The position numbers were made by a program, and so were the translations under genes. A DNA stretch of 64,000 nucleotides from a virus, in IMG/VR virus record IMGVR_UViG_3300035138_000081; one strand, written 5' to 3'. Every line of letters begins with the position of its first letter. Within the stretch, counting starts at the first letter, position 1. Positions 35,211 to 45,001 of the stretch are shown here, piece after piece. The notes beneath the pieces are model-generated. The model did no database searches. It was not told the origin of the DNA and worked only from the letters and a program-made list of their open reading frames with translations.

Positions 35211-35825
35211 ATGAAAACTGTTACGAGTGAAGAGTTACAAAAACATAAGAAGATATGCCCAGTGTGTAATAGCCCAAAGGCGAGTTTATATAATGGTGGC
35301 TTGATTGCAGGAGTTGCAGAAATAGTTGTTATGAATAGAATGATTGCTGATGGAATATATGTAACTTTAACACAGATAATGGAACATAGCAAGTATATGC
35401 ACCAGTTAGTGGATGATAGTGATTTGGAGAATTGCATACAGAAATGGGGAGAACATTTATGTGATGAAAGCAATACACTTACTAAAGTGCAAGAACAAGT
35501 TGCTATTACAGAACTAAATGATTTTGTAGCTAAGAAAACAGTTAATGAAATGATTTGGCAAGAAGGTTTACCACTTGCAATGGGTAGACTTACTGGTGCT
35601 TTAAAAAATAATACTTTGAAACCACATGAGTTATGCAAGATAGTAGATACTATGATGAAGTGTGGTTTAGTTTTAAGTGATGAATTAAAAACAGGAAATA
35701 ACAGAATTGTAATTGCAGAAGAAACAGAAAGAGCAAATGTAAGAAAACCACAAACATTAGGTAGTTTAGAAGATACCTTATTAGAAATTGAAGACTTTAA
35801 TACTAAGAAAGTGAATGGAAAATAG
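35211..35825 (+). CDS. putative terminase small subunit (assigned by position)
   Basis: 204-aa ORF immediately upstream of and overlapping terL. N-terminal CPVC. No family motif recognised. Confidence 0.35.
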   Translation: MKTVTSEELQKHKKICPVCNSPKASLYNGGLIAGVAEIVVMNRMIADGIYVTLTQIMEHSKYMHQLVDDSDLENCIQKWGEHLCDESNTLTKVQEQVAITELNDFVAKKTVNEMIWQEGLPLAMGRLTGALKNNTLKPHELCKIVDTMMKCGLVLSDELKTGNNRIVIAEETERANVRKPQTLGSLEDTLLEIEDFNTKKVNGK

Positions 35826-37384
35826 TGTCTCTAGCGGAAAACTTACTGAACTTGTCAAAGGCTAAGAATGCGAATTTTTTAGAAACTAAAACAGAATCAA
35901 CAGGACGGCATAGCAAACTACCAGAAGAGTTTGCTTTAAAACCGAGTGCATTGATAGCACGTGATACTATGAAGGCGTTACCGAAAGAAAAGCGTATTCA
36001 GTTAGCTTTAGCAAATCCAGTAATTTTCGGAGAATACTATATAAAACCGTATGTAAGGAAGTGGAATAGTTGGACTGCTGATCATCAATTCTTTATGTTA
36101 GAAGAATCAATGAAATATCGAGATATTGTTATACATGTCCCAGTTGAACATGCAAAAAGTACTTGGTTTAGCTTAGTAGTACCTCTTTGGCTTATGTGCA
36201 GAGATAGAAATACACAGGGAGCTATCATAAGTAATACAAGTAGGCAAGCAGAAGGCTTTCTTGCAGCCATCAAATGGCATATTGAGTATAATGACATATT
36301 TAGAGAAGATTTTGGAGATTACGTTTTACCTAATAAGAAAGAAGCGAAATGGACGGATAGTCAAATCTTTGTTGTAAGAGACGCAGAAGAACAATCGAAA
36401 GATCCAACGATACTAGCAATAGGTACTGGAGGTGCTTTGTTAGGTGCAAGATTGGATTGGGTTATTGCTGACGACATCTTAGACCTTAAAAATAGCCAAA
36501 CTGAAATAATGAGAGACAAAGTTGAAAGTTGGTGGGATGAGATAGTTGATAGTCGTGTTGTGGATGGTGGGAGAAGAATAGTTCTTGGTACCTTACAACA
36601 CACTAAAGATTTACTATGCGTGCTTAGCGACCGAAAGAGTTATCATTATGTACACTTAGCTGCTTGGGATAAAGATACCAATGCTACTTTATGGCCAGAC
36701 CAATGGCCGCTAAGGAGAGTAATGCAAAAGAAGGCAACCATTGGTACTTTGAAGTGGAATAAAGTAATGCAAAATGATAGAAGTGCAATTAGTGTAGGCA
36801 TTCTTGATGATAAGTGGCTAAACTATTATGATAATCTACCTCCTACCAATAGATTAAAGGTGTACATTGGAGTTGATCCAGCAATAGCAGATGACAGGAC
36901 TACTGCCGAAAGCAAAGCACAAGACAAATTTGGTCTTGTGGTTGTAGGCTATGATGGCATAAGAGCATACCTTCTTGAAGAGTATGAAGAATGGTTAACA
37001 TTTCCTGAGCAACTGAAACTGATTGATGTGTTCAACTCTAAATGGTCACCTATCATGATAGGTATTGAAAGTGTTCAGTATCAAAAAGCACTTGCACAAG
37101 CTAGTTTGTTACTCAGTAGTTTACCACCAGTTCTTCCAATTCCTGTTGGTACACAGAGTAAAGCAACTAGGATTGAAGCATTTAGTGTTTATTGTGAAAA
37201 TAAAGTTTTCTGGATTGGTCGGCATCATGAGCGTTTCATTGAAGAATGGCGTTCTTGGGAACCAGGCGGAAAAAGTCCAAACATTCTTGATGCAAGTGTT
37301 ATTGCAATGATGTGCATCAAGAGTAGAGGTAATATAGAAGATATACAGCTTATACCGAATTCTATACAGCATGTTAGTTGGTAA
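35825..37384 (+). CDS. terL: terminase large subunit
   Basis: 519 aa. ATPase Walker B-like DWVIADDILD and a nuclease-domain IGVDPAIADD pattern. Sits upstream of the portal gene. Confidence 0.8.
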   Translation: MSLAENLLNLSKAKNANFLETKTESTGRHSKLPEEFALKPSALIARDTMKALPKEKRIQLALANPVIFGEYYIKPYVRKWNSWTADHQFFMLEESMKYRDIVIHVPVEHAKSTWFSLVVPLWLMCRDRNTQGAIISNTSRQAEGFLAAIKWHIEYNDIFREDFGDYVLPNKKEAKWTDSQIFVVRDAEEQSKDPTILAIGTGGALLGARLDWVIADDILDLKNSQTEIMRDKVESWWDEIVDSRVVDGGRRIVLGTLQHTKDLLCVLSDRKSYHYVHLAAWDKDTNATLWPDQWPLRRVMQKKATIGTLKWNKVMQNDRSAISVGILDDKWLNYYDNLPPTNRLKVYIGVDPAIADDRTTAESKAQDKFGLVVVGYDGIRAYLLEEYEEWLTFPEQLKLIDVFNSKWSPIMIGIESVQYQKALAQASLLLSSLPPVLPIPVGTQSKATRIEAFSVYCENKVFWIGRHHERFIEEWRSWEPGGKSPNILDASVIAMMCIKSRGNIEDIQLIPNSIQHVSW

Positions 37385-37481
37385 AATGCTATTTTGAGCT
37401 ATATTTTAATTTTCAGTCATCCTTTAGCGGTTATGCCGTAAATGAATTGAAAAATCTTTTTGAAAAAAGATCACCTATGTA

Positions 37482-37505
37482 GAATGAAGGTGAGAACCTT
37501 CATTC
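37482..37505 (+). terminator. hairpin after terL
   Basis: GAATGAAGGT, GAGA loop, ACCTTCATTC (10 bp), followed by AATTTCTT. Confidence 0.55.
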
Positions 37506-37527
37506 AATTTCTTAAAAGGAGAAGTGT

Positions 37528-37779
37528 ATGAATAAGATTAGATTAATGTTTAAAGATGATTATTTAAGAAAACTCGCAATTGCAGATCATTTGAGTGAAT
37601 GCAAAATGCTTTATAATAGATATAAATTAGCTGAAACTAAAGATAGAAAAGTGCAGTGTGAAAACTTATGGGATAAAGAACTAATGGATCTATTCATTTT
37701 GCTAACAGTTCACTTTTCAGGTCAGGGTGAACTGAAAGCAAAGCGAGTAGCTCGCTTTAAAGAAAAAATGGAAAACTAA
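37528..37779 (+). CDS. hypothetical protein
   Basis: 83-aa ORF with an AAAGGAGAAG RBS. Confidence 0.55.
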   Translation: MNKIRLMFKDDYLRKLAIADHLSECKMLYNRYKLAETKDRKVQCENLWDKELMDLFILLTVHFSGQGELKAKRVARFKEKMEN

Positions 37780-37791
37780 GGAGAGGGACAC

Positions 37792-38385
37792 ATGCAAGCA
37801 CTAGAAATATTTACTTATAAAGAGTGTGAAATACGTAAAATTGAAAAAGATGGTACTACTTGGTTTGTTGCAAAAGATATTTGCAAAATATTAGATATTC
37901 AAAATGTATCTCAAGCCTTACAAAGATTGGATATTTTCGATATATCCGATATATATATCGAAACCAATTCGGGTAGAGGTAGTAAACAAACATTAAAAAC
38001 TGTAAATGAAAGTGGACTTTATAATTTAATATTTACATCTCAAAAAGAAGGTGCAAAGGAATTTAAACGATGGGTTACTTCAGAAGTACTTCCAAGCATT
38101 AGAAAAACTGGTCAGTATAAAATGCAAAGGTCTAATGATGAAATGTTTCAAAGTACTACAAAGTGTTTAGAAATTGCTGATAGTGCAAGTACATTAGTTG
38201 GAGAGAAGCTTTGTAAGGTATGGAGTGGAACGGGTGAGTGTAAATTACATCCAGATTTGCAAGTATTAATTGATGCTATTGCTCTTGCAAAAAGGCATAT
38301 AAATTTTGTACATAATAGTCAAAAAGAATTATTCGAGAATTATGGTATGAAAGTTTTGAAAGGTGGTTGTACACATGAAAGATGA
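37792..38385 (+). CDS. Bro-N domain protein (antirepressor-like)
   Basis: FVAKDICKILDI...NESGLYNLIFTSQKEGAKEFKRWVTSEVLPSIRKTGQY is typical of Bro-N. Confidence 0.7.
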   Translation: MQALEIFTYKECEIRKIEKDGTTWFVAKDICKILDIQNVSQALQRLDIFDISDIYIETNSGRGSKQTLKTVNESGLYNLIFTSQKEGAKEFKRWVTSEVLPSIRKTGQYKMQRSNDEMFQSTTKCLEIADSASTLVGEKLCKVWSGTGECKLHPDLQVLIDAIALAKRHINFVHNSQKELFENYGMKVLKGGCTHER

Positions 38386-38560
38386 GATGCTTAATTTACA
38401 TCAACAATTAATTTTAAAATATGACTATCTTCAAGAAGCAGTACAACTTATTCTAAATAATAAAGATAAAAATCCATATATAGGATTAGAAAAGTTGAAT
38501 ACTCATTTAAAGAAACAGGACTTGCTTTCTATAGCAGTTATTAAAGAATTTGAAAAATAA
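38375..38560 (+). CDS. hypothetical protein
   Basis: Start set to ATG 38375, which follows an AAAGGTGG RBS. Confidence 0.45.
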   Translation: MKDEMLNLHQQLILKYDYLQEAVQLILNNKDKNPYIGLEKLNTHLKKQDLLSIAVIKEFEK

Positions 38561-38635
38561 AAAAGCAATTATCCAAATGCATTTAGCTAATTATTTTTTT
38601 ATAAAATTTTAAGCGATATACGTTCATTTAGCAAA

Positions 38636-38674
38636 AGAGCTACTCTGTACAAGTAGCTCTGCTATATTTTTTTT
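38636..38674 (+). terminator. rho-independent terminator
   Basis: AGAGCTACT, 7-nt loop, AGTAGCTCT, then a T-run. Confidence 0.75.
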
Positions 38675-38696
38675 AGAAATGAGGAGACTAAGGTGG

Positions 38697-38867
38697 ATGA
38701 GTGTAGAGAGAGTACTGTGGTACTTTTATAGTTTTTTAGCAGATACGTTTTCACGTAGTGCACTTATATATGTGATAATTGTAATGTTAACATTTATTAT
38801 ATTTATAAATGCACTAGATTTAATAGCATCATTTGCAGACTTTATATTAAACAGAAAGAAGGGTTGA
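38697..38867 (+). CDS. small membrane protein
   Basis: Start set to ATG 38697, which follows an AAGGTGG RBS. Hydrophobic segment LIYVIIVMLTFIIFINAL. Confidence 0.45.
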   Translation: MSVERVLWYFYSFLADTFSRSALIYVIIVMLTFIIFINALDLIASFADFILNRKKG

Positions 38868-38871
38868 ACAT

Positions 38872-39453
38872 ATGTTATCTAGAGAAGATACAAAAAGGCA
38901 TATTAAAAGAGTAAATGAGTTGATTGAAACTTTCATAGGAATTGGAGTTAATTCCTATACTTTTGAAATCTCTCAAGTAGCTATTAAAGAGTTATTTAAG
39001 AGAGGTAGAGAACACGATGCATCAAAATTAGAAGCTCCAGAACTTAAGATATTTGATAAGTATACAACTAAGTTAAAAAAATTAACTTATCAATCTGATG
39101 CATACAAGAGATGCTTAAGAGAAATGAAACCAGCCCTTCAACATCACTATAAACATAATAGGCATCATCCAGAACATTTTAATCATATTTCTGAAATGCA
39201 TTGGGTAGATTTAGTTGAGATGTTCTGTGATTGGTTAGCTGCAAGTGAAAGACACGAAAACGGAGATGCTTCGAAATCAATTATTTTAAATGCAGATAGA
39301 TTTCACTTTGGGTATATCGGAGTATGTATTCTTCATAATTCTCTAGCGGTAATGCGCCATCCAGAACTTGCACAACTTGTAAAAGGTACGCTTTGGGAAC
39401 TATATGAACATCAAGATGATATTCCAGTAATATTTAAAGATACAAGGAGGTGA
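38872..39453 (+). CDS. His-rich DUF5662-like protein
   Basis: REHDASKLE and HHYKHNRHHPEHF motifs. The family name is from memory only. Confidence 0.4.
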   Translation: MLSREDTKRHIKRVNELIETFIGIGVNSYTFEISQVAIKELFKRGREHDASKLEAPELKIFDKYTTKLKKLTYQSDAYKRCLREMKPALQHHYKHNRHHPEHFNHISEMHWVDLVEMFCDWLAASERHENGDASKSIILNADRFHFGYIGVCILHNSLAVMRHPELAQLVKGTLWELYEHQDDIPVIFKDTRR

Positions 39454-39457
39454 GAAC

Positions 39458-40972
39458 TTGCCATATGAAATAGGTTGTATTGGTAGAGGTCAGAGTGAAC
39501 TTTTTACACAACATTTAGCTACAGATGAGTATTTAAGTACTTTAACATGGCCTAGAGATCTTGATATTTATAACAAGATGAACCGTGCAGATGCACAAAT
39601 CAAAGCTACTTTGTTGATGCTTGAATTACCTATACGTAGTACTAGATGGTACGTTAAACCAAAAGATTCATCTGAAAAAGCAAAAGAAATTGCTAACTTT
39701 ATCAATGATTGTATCTTTACTGGACCACCAGAAGGATTGAATACTGCTTTTGAAGAATTTTTAAAGAATGTATGTACAATGTTTACATACGGTCATGCAG
39801 TATTTGAGAAAGTGTTTAAAGTTGGAGAAGATGGGTATTTAAAATGGCATAAATTTGCAATCAGACCACAACCAACAATTTATGATTGGTTGTATGACAC
39901 TACAGGTGAACTAACTGCAATACAACAATATAACATATCACAAAATTGGAAAGTTGTTACGATTCCTAAAGAGAAATTATTAGTATTTACTCATGATAAG
40001 CAACAAGGAGATGTAAAAGGTATCAGTGTTTTAAGATCTGCGTATAAGCATTGGGCAATCAAAGACTTTTTATATAAAATATCGAACATCGGAATTGAAA
40101 GAAACTTTGTAGGTACACCAGTAATTAAACTTCCCGCAAATTATACTAATGCAGATTATCAACTTGCAAAAGAAATTGTAACGAATGTAAGAACGGGAGA
40201 GTATGCAGGAATTACTTTACCGGATGGTTTTGAACTTGAATTGTTTGAAAGTAAAAGAACAATGATGGATGTTATTCCATATATTAATTATCAAGATATT
40301 CAAATCAGTAGAAACATTCTTGCACAGTTTATGAATCTTGGTGGTAATCAAACTACAGGAAGTTATAGCTTATCAGAAAGTTTAAGTGATCTATATTTGA
40401 TGATGTTAAATGCATCTGCTAAATATATTGCAAATACTTTTAATTCTCAAGCAATTCCAGAGCTTGTAAAAGCAAATTTTGCTAGTGATCTTTATCCAAA
40501 ACTTTGCTATCAAAGATTAGGAGATGAAAGATTAATTGATGCAGTTAGATTATTGGTTGATGGTAAAGTAGTTGTACCAGATGAAGATTTAGAAGTGTGG
40601 GTTAGAGAAACTCTTGAACTTCCAGATAAGAATCCTAATAATGTATATGCTTACACAGATGTAGAATTAGAAGAAATCAATACAGCAAAAGCAGCAATGC
40701 AAGCTGAAAGAGAAGATGCAAACTTAGAGAAAGACAGAGAGTTACAGAAATTTGAAGCTTCTGCAAGAGTTAGTGCTTCAACTCCAGCACCAAATAGTAA
40801 AAATGATAAAGTAGTAGATGCGAAGAAGAAAGCACAAGAATCAAAAACGAACAAGGTATCTGGAGAAAAGAAAGAAGATAGTAAACAAAGAAATACAACA
40901 GCTCCAACGAGAGATGAAAAAATAGAACCAAGATCAGTTGAAAGAAAGAAAAGGGATGTAGAGAAGAGGTGA
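39458..40972 (+). CDS. portal protein (Mu gp29/DUF935-like)
   Basis: 504 aa. Lies between the terminase and the Mu-like head genes. Has the charged C-terminal tail typical of portals. TTG start after a GGAGGTG RBS. Confidence 0.7.
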   Translation: MPYEIGCIGRGQSELFTQHLATDEYLSTLTWPRDLDIYNKMNRADAQIKATLLMLELPIRSTRWYVKPKDSSEKAKEIANFINDCIFTGPPEGLNTAFEEFLKNVCTMFTYGHAVFEKVFKVGEDGYLKWHKFAIRPQPTIYDWLYDTTGELTAIQQYNISQNWKVVTIPKEKLLVFTHDKQQGDVKGISVLRSAYKHWAIKDFLYKISNIGIERNFVGTPVIKLPANYTNADYQLAKEIVTNVRTGEYAGITLPDGFELELFESKRTMMDVIPYINYQDIQISRNILAQFMNLGGNQTTGSYSLSESLSDLYLMMLNASAKYIANTFNSQAIPELVKANFASDLYPKLCYQRLGDERLIDAVRLLVDGKVVVPDEDLEVWVRETLELPDKNPNNVYAYTDVELEEINTAKAAMQAEREDANLEKDRELQKFEASARVSASTPAPNSKNDKVVDAKKKAQESKTNKVSGEKKEDSKQRNTTAPTRDEKIEPRSVERKKRDVEKR

Positions 40973-40979
40973 TAAAGAA

Positions 40980-41486
40980 ATGAAAAGAGTACAAGGGATT
41001 TATGTTAAGAGTCAAGCAGGAAGTTCATCTGCATCAATAACAAGACCAGATAATACCACTGCTTATGCTGCAGGAGATGTATTTGGTACAGATCCAGCAA
41101 CAAATATTGAATTTACAAATATTTTACAAGAAGCTGGACAACATTTTTATATTGCTAGTGTAAAACTAGTATATAATGTAAATGCTGTTCCTGCTAATAT
41201 GTCAACATTTACTTTGCACTTGTTCAATGCAGCTCCAACTGCTATTGCTGACAATGCTGCTTGGGCTTTGTTAAGTGCGGATAGTAGTAAGTATTTAGGA
41301 AGCATAGAAATAACATTACCAACTGATGAAGGTGAAGTTTTAGTAACATTTGAAGATAGTATAAATAAGAAAAGAAAACTTGCAAGTGAAAGTACAACAA
41401 TTTATGGTCAACTTGTTACAGACGGTAATTTTACACCAACATCTGAAGCAGTGGTAACTATAACATTAGAGACAGTAGGTGCGTAA
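40980..41486 (+). CDS. hypothetical head-module protein
   Basis: 168-aa ORF between the portal and scaffold genes. Confidence 0.55.
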   Translation: MKRVQGIYVKSQAGSSSASITRPDNTTAYAAGDVFGTDPATNIEFTNILQEAGQHFYIASVKLVYNVNAVPANMSTFTLHLFNAAPTAIADNAAWALLSADSSKYLGSIEITLPTDEGEVLVTFEDSINKKRKLASESTTIYGQLVTDGNFTPTSEAVVTITLETVGA

Positions 41487-41496
41487 TGTGCGTAGT

Positions 41497-42333
41497 ATGA
41501 AACGTATTCTTTTAGGTTTTGAAGACAGCGGATCAGTACCAATTTTAGATGATTTAGGAATTGCTGATAGTTTACAACTGGGTTTTGCAAATATAAGATT
41601 ATTAAATTCATATGAGGATTTTGCATATCTAATTTATCGACAAGATGATGCTGAAGAAGCTTATTTCTACTTTGAAGATGATGGTACGTTAGATACTAAT
41701 GCAATACTCACTTGGTTAGATGGAAGTATAGGGAAAGTTAAGAAATGGGGAAATCAAGGAAATCCGAGTTATCCAGCCTATCAAGATGATCCAGACAAAA
41801 TGCCGATCTGTGCCGCTAGTGGAAGTTGGTACGATGATGGAATATACTTTGATGGAGTAGATGACTTTTTAGAAATAGATATGTACGTAGCAATGCAGTT
41901 TACTTTACCAGAAGTTACTACTTACTTAAGTTTTAATGCATATGATACTAGTGGTTCATTGTTTGCAATCAATACAGGTAGTACGTCTGCATCACAGATG
42001 AATTTAGTTTTAAACTATGGATTGTCAACAATCTATTGCATTATGGCAGGTGGTATTAGACATGACACTCCAGTATCTGCAAACTTCAATGGAGGTTCAA
42101 ATACTTCAATATTTGATTGGTCAAGCAATACAGTTACAATGAAGTGTAACTCATCAGTACTTGATGGAACTTATGCAGGTCCAGTATCTACAAGAGACAC
42201 TATACATATTGCTTGCAGAGATGATGAAACCTCAGGAGAAGCTGCACTTTGTGAATGTAATATCAAGTCGTTATTACATTTTAATGAAACTTGTTACGAC
42301 AAATATGATACGTTTGTATCCAATGGATTATAA
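41497..42333 (+). CDS. LamG/concanavalin-like domain protein
   Basis: DGIYFDGVDDFLEI is typical of LamG-like jelly rolls. Start set to ATG 41497. Confidence 0.4.
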   Translation: MKRILLGFEDSGSVPILDDLGIADSLQLGFANIRLLNSYEDFAYLIYRQDDAEEAYFYFEDDGTLDTNAILTWLDGSIGKVKKWGNQGNPSYPAYQDDPDKMPICAASGSWYDDGIYFDGVDDFLEIDMYVAMQFTLPEVTTYLSFNAYDTSGSLFAINTGSTSASQMNLVLNYGLSTIYCIMAGGIRHDTPVSANFNGGSNTSIFDWSSNTVTMKCNSSVLDGTYAGPVSTRDTIHIACRDDETSGEAALCECNIKSLLHFNETCYDKYDTFVSNGL

Positions 42334-42362
42334 CGATTTAAAAATACCCTTTTATATAATTA

Positions 42363-42432
42363 ATACGAAAAGGTAAAATAAAATCGATTATAACCAGGCT
42401 ATATAAAAAGGAAATAGTTCCTCTAGCGGAAA
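42363..42432 (+). promoter_or_regulatory. composite intergenic element, copy E3 (candidate late regulatory region)
   Basis: ATACGAAAAGG, AAAATCGATTATAACC, CTATATAAAAAGG, TTCCTCTAGCGGAAA, directly upstream of the scaffold-decoration-capsid operon. Confidence 0.3.
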
Positions 42433-42451
42433 TGTGAAAGGTGGTGAATAG

Positions 42452-43555
42452 ATGAAAATAAACGAATATTTTTACACAGTTGCATTAGATGAATTGGTAG
42501 AAGATCAAAATACTTCGAATATTGAAATCATGAGAACCGGCAAATGGAAGCATCCAGTATATGGAGACTTTGTAATTGATGGAAATACCTTATCCGAAAT
42601 TTCCAAAAATTTTGAAGGTAACGTCAGAGGTGTGGATATTGCAATTGATCTTGAACATGGAGAAACTTCTCACAAAACAGAAGCTATGGGATGGGTTAAG
42701 CGTTTAAATAATACTGGTAAGAAATTACTTGCAGAAGTTGAATGGACTGAATCTGGTAAGAAAAAAGTTCAATCAAAGGCTTACAGATACTTTAGTCCAG
42801 AATTTAAGTTCAATTATGAAGATGCCGAATCAGGTAAAAAGTATACTAATGTTTTACTTGGTGGTAGTTTAACAAATAGACCTTTTATAAAAGGTATGGA
42901 AGCAGTTGTTTTAAGTGAAGAAGTTGCAACTAGAATGACTGGAGACAATGTCTTTACGGAAATTAAGAAGGAGGAATATCAAATGAATTCAAAGCTTTTA
43001 AATTCACTTAAGTTAAGTGAAAATGCTACTCAAGAAGAAATAGATGCGGCAATTAGTAAAATGCTTGAAAATTCAGTAAAACTTACTGAAGATTTAACAA
43101 AAGCACAAAAGGATGTAACAAAGCTTTCTGAAGATTTAAAAACTGAAAAAGCTGCTAAAGAAGGTATTGAAAAAATTAATGAAGGTTTATCTAAAAGACT
43201 TACAAACGTTGAAGTTAAATTGACAGAAAATGAATGGGATGCTTACGCTAGCAAAAAGTTATCCGAAGGCAAATTAACTAAGGCAATGGCTGAAAAGTTT
43301 AAAGATGCTTATATGAAAGATAAAGAAGGTACTGTAGCTTTAATGGAAACTCTTCCAGTAATGGTTGACTTAACTGAAAAAGGTTCTACTCAAGGTACTG
43401 GTGAAGCGGGAAAAGGCAATATTAAACTTTTTGAAGATGCAGTTGCTAAAGTTCAAAAAGAACAAAAATTAGGATACTTTGAAGCTTGTCAATCAATTGA
43501 AAGAAATAATCCAGAACTTTATAAATTAGCTGAAGCAGAAAGGAGAGGATTTTAA
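42452..43555 (+). CDS. Mu gpI-like head protease/scaffold
   Basis: The N-terminal TGKWKHP..G.F.I....L..I..NF...V....IDLEH pattern followed by a coiled-coil C-terminus resembles Mu-like prophage protein I. Confidence 0.6.
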   Translation: MKINEYFYTVALDELVEDQNTSNIEIMRTGKWKHPVYGDFVIDGNTLSEISKNFEGNVRGVDIAIDLEHGETSHKTEAMGWVKRLNNTGKKLLAEVEWTESGKKKVQSKAYRYFSPEFKFNYEDAESGKKYTNVLLGGSLTNRPFIKGMEAVVLSEEVATRMTGDNVFTEIKKEEYQMNSKLLNSLKLSENATQEEIDAAISKMLENSVKLTEDLTKAQKDVTKLSEDLKTEKAAKEGIEKINEGLSKRLTNVEVKLTENEWDAYASKKLSEGKLTKAMAEKFKDAYMKDKEGTVALMETLPVMVDLTEKGSTQGTGEAGKGNIKLFEDAVAKVQKEQKLGYFEACQSIERNNPELYKLAEAERRGF

Positions 43556-43935
43556 TGGCAGGAATGGAAGGAATTATGCATAAAACTTGGAATGCTGCTG
43601 CAGATTTAAGTTCAGCGGGTCAGTATAGGTTTGTTAAACTAGCATCCGCTTCTACTATTAATTTAGCTGGAGCAGGAGAATCTGCAATAGGAATTCTTCA
43701 GAATGATCCTGCATCCGGAGCTGGAGCAAACGTGATGGTAATGGGAATTTCAAATGTAGTTTTAGGAGAAGATAGTGTAACTGTTGGTGCAAGGTTAAAA
43801 GCTGATGCAAGTGGAGATGCTGTTGCAACAACTACCGATACAGAAATTTATAATGCGATTGCGTTGGAAGCAGGAGATGATGGCGAGATAATTAGTTGCC
43901 TGATCTGTCCTGGTGGTCCAACAATTTCAGCTTAG
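43555..43935 (+). CDS. DUF2190-like head decoration protein
   Basis: 126 aa, Gly/Ala-rich, lying between the scaffold and major capsid genes. Confidence 0.45.
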   Translation: MAGMEGIMHKTWNAAADLSSAGQYRFVKLASASTINLAGAGESAIGILQNDPASGAGANVMVMGISNVVLGEDSVTVGARLKADASGDAVATTTDTEIYNAIALEAGDDGEIISCLICPGGPTISA

Positions 43936-43952
43936 AAAGGAGTGAAAAATAA

Positions 43953-44921
43953 ATGAGACCTACACATACTCAAGTACATTATGATAGTATGTTACAAAAC
44001 ATATCTATTCAATATAGAAATTTCTTGTTCAAAGCGGATATGGTGTGCCCTATGGTACCTGTAGAAAAAGCTTCTGACAAATACTATATCTTTGATAAAG
44101 CAGAATGGTTTAGAGATACTGCAAAGAAAAGAGCACCTGGAACTGCTTCAGATAGACATGGATTTACTTTAAGTAATGATAACTATTTCTGTGAAGAATA
44201 TACAGAAGCAACAACTCTAACAAATGAAGATAGAGCAAATGCAGATTCTATTTTGAATCTTGAAGCTGAAAAAGCAAGATTTGTAACTGAAAAAATCTTA
44301 CTTAGGTATGAAATTGATGTTGCAGCACTTTGTACTACTAATACTAATTGGGGTACAAATTATTCAACTCCTACTTATGCGTGGGATGATTATGATAACA
44401 GTGATCCATTAATTGATATTGAAAATGCAAAAGATCAAATAGAAGGTAATACAGGACAACCTGTTAACAAAATGATTATTGCTTATGATGTTTGGAAAGC
44501 ATTAAAACATCATCCAGCATTACTTGAAAGAATGCCTTCTACCGCTTTGAAATCTGCTTCAATAGACCTTCTTAGAAATTTAACTGAAATACAGGAAATT
44601 CATGTAGCTGGTGGTATTAAAAATACATCTGCTTCAGGTGCTACAGCTTCTTACTCAAGAATCTGGACTGAAGATGTATGGATGGGACATGTTGCAAGTG
44701 GTCCAGCTAAAGCGACTCCTACTGCTTTATATGGATTCGTATGGCCTTATTCTACTCAAGAAGATTCTTCAAAAATTGCTAATATGGGCAATAAAGGAAT
44801 CAGGGGAATAAGAAGATGGAGAGATGAAAATATTCATTCAGATGTAATTGAAGGATACATGAACTATGATCTTAAGGTTGTTGGTACAGACTTAGGATAT
44901 CTTTTAGAAAATGTTATCTAA
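43953..44921 (+). CDS. major capsid protein (E-like fold family)
   Basis: 322 aa. Position after scaffold/decoration genes, followed by a hairpin. Confidence 0.7.
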   Translation: MRPTHTQVHYDSMLQNISIQYRNFLFKADMVCPMVPVEKASDKYYIFDKAEWFRDTAKKRAPGTASDRHGFTLSNDNYFCEEYTEATTLTNEDRANADSILNLEAEKARFVTEKILLRYEIDVAALCTTNTNWGTNYSTPTYAWDDYDNSDPLIDIENAKDQIEGNTGQPVNKMIIAYDVWKALKHHPALLERMPSTALKSASIDLLRNLTEIQEIHVAGGIKNTSASGATASYSRIWTEDVWMGHVASGPAKATPTALYGFVWPYSTQEDSSKIANMGNKGIRGIRRWRDENIHSDVIEGYMNYDLKVVGTDLGYLLENVI

Positions 44922-44929
44922 TCCAATGG

Positions 44930-44947
44930 GGTAATCTTCGGATTACC
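44930..44947 (+). terminator. UUCG-loop hairpin after the capsid gene
   Basis: GGTAATC, TTCG loop, GATTACC, then TTGTTG. Confidence 0.5.
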
Positions 44948-45001
44948 TTGTTGAGTTCCTCTAGCGGTAAAGTGTGGGGAAAATTAAAAGGAGATGATGT
45001 T

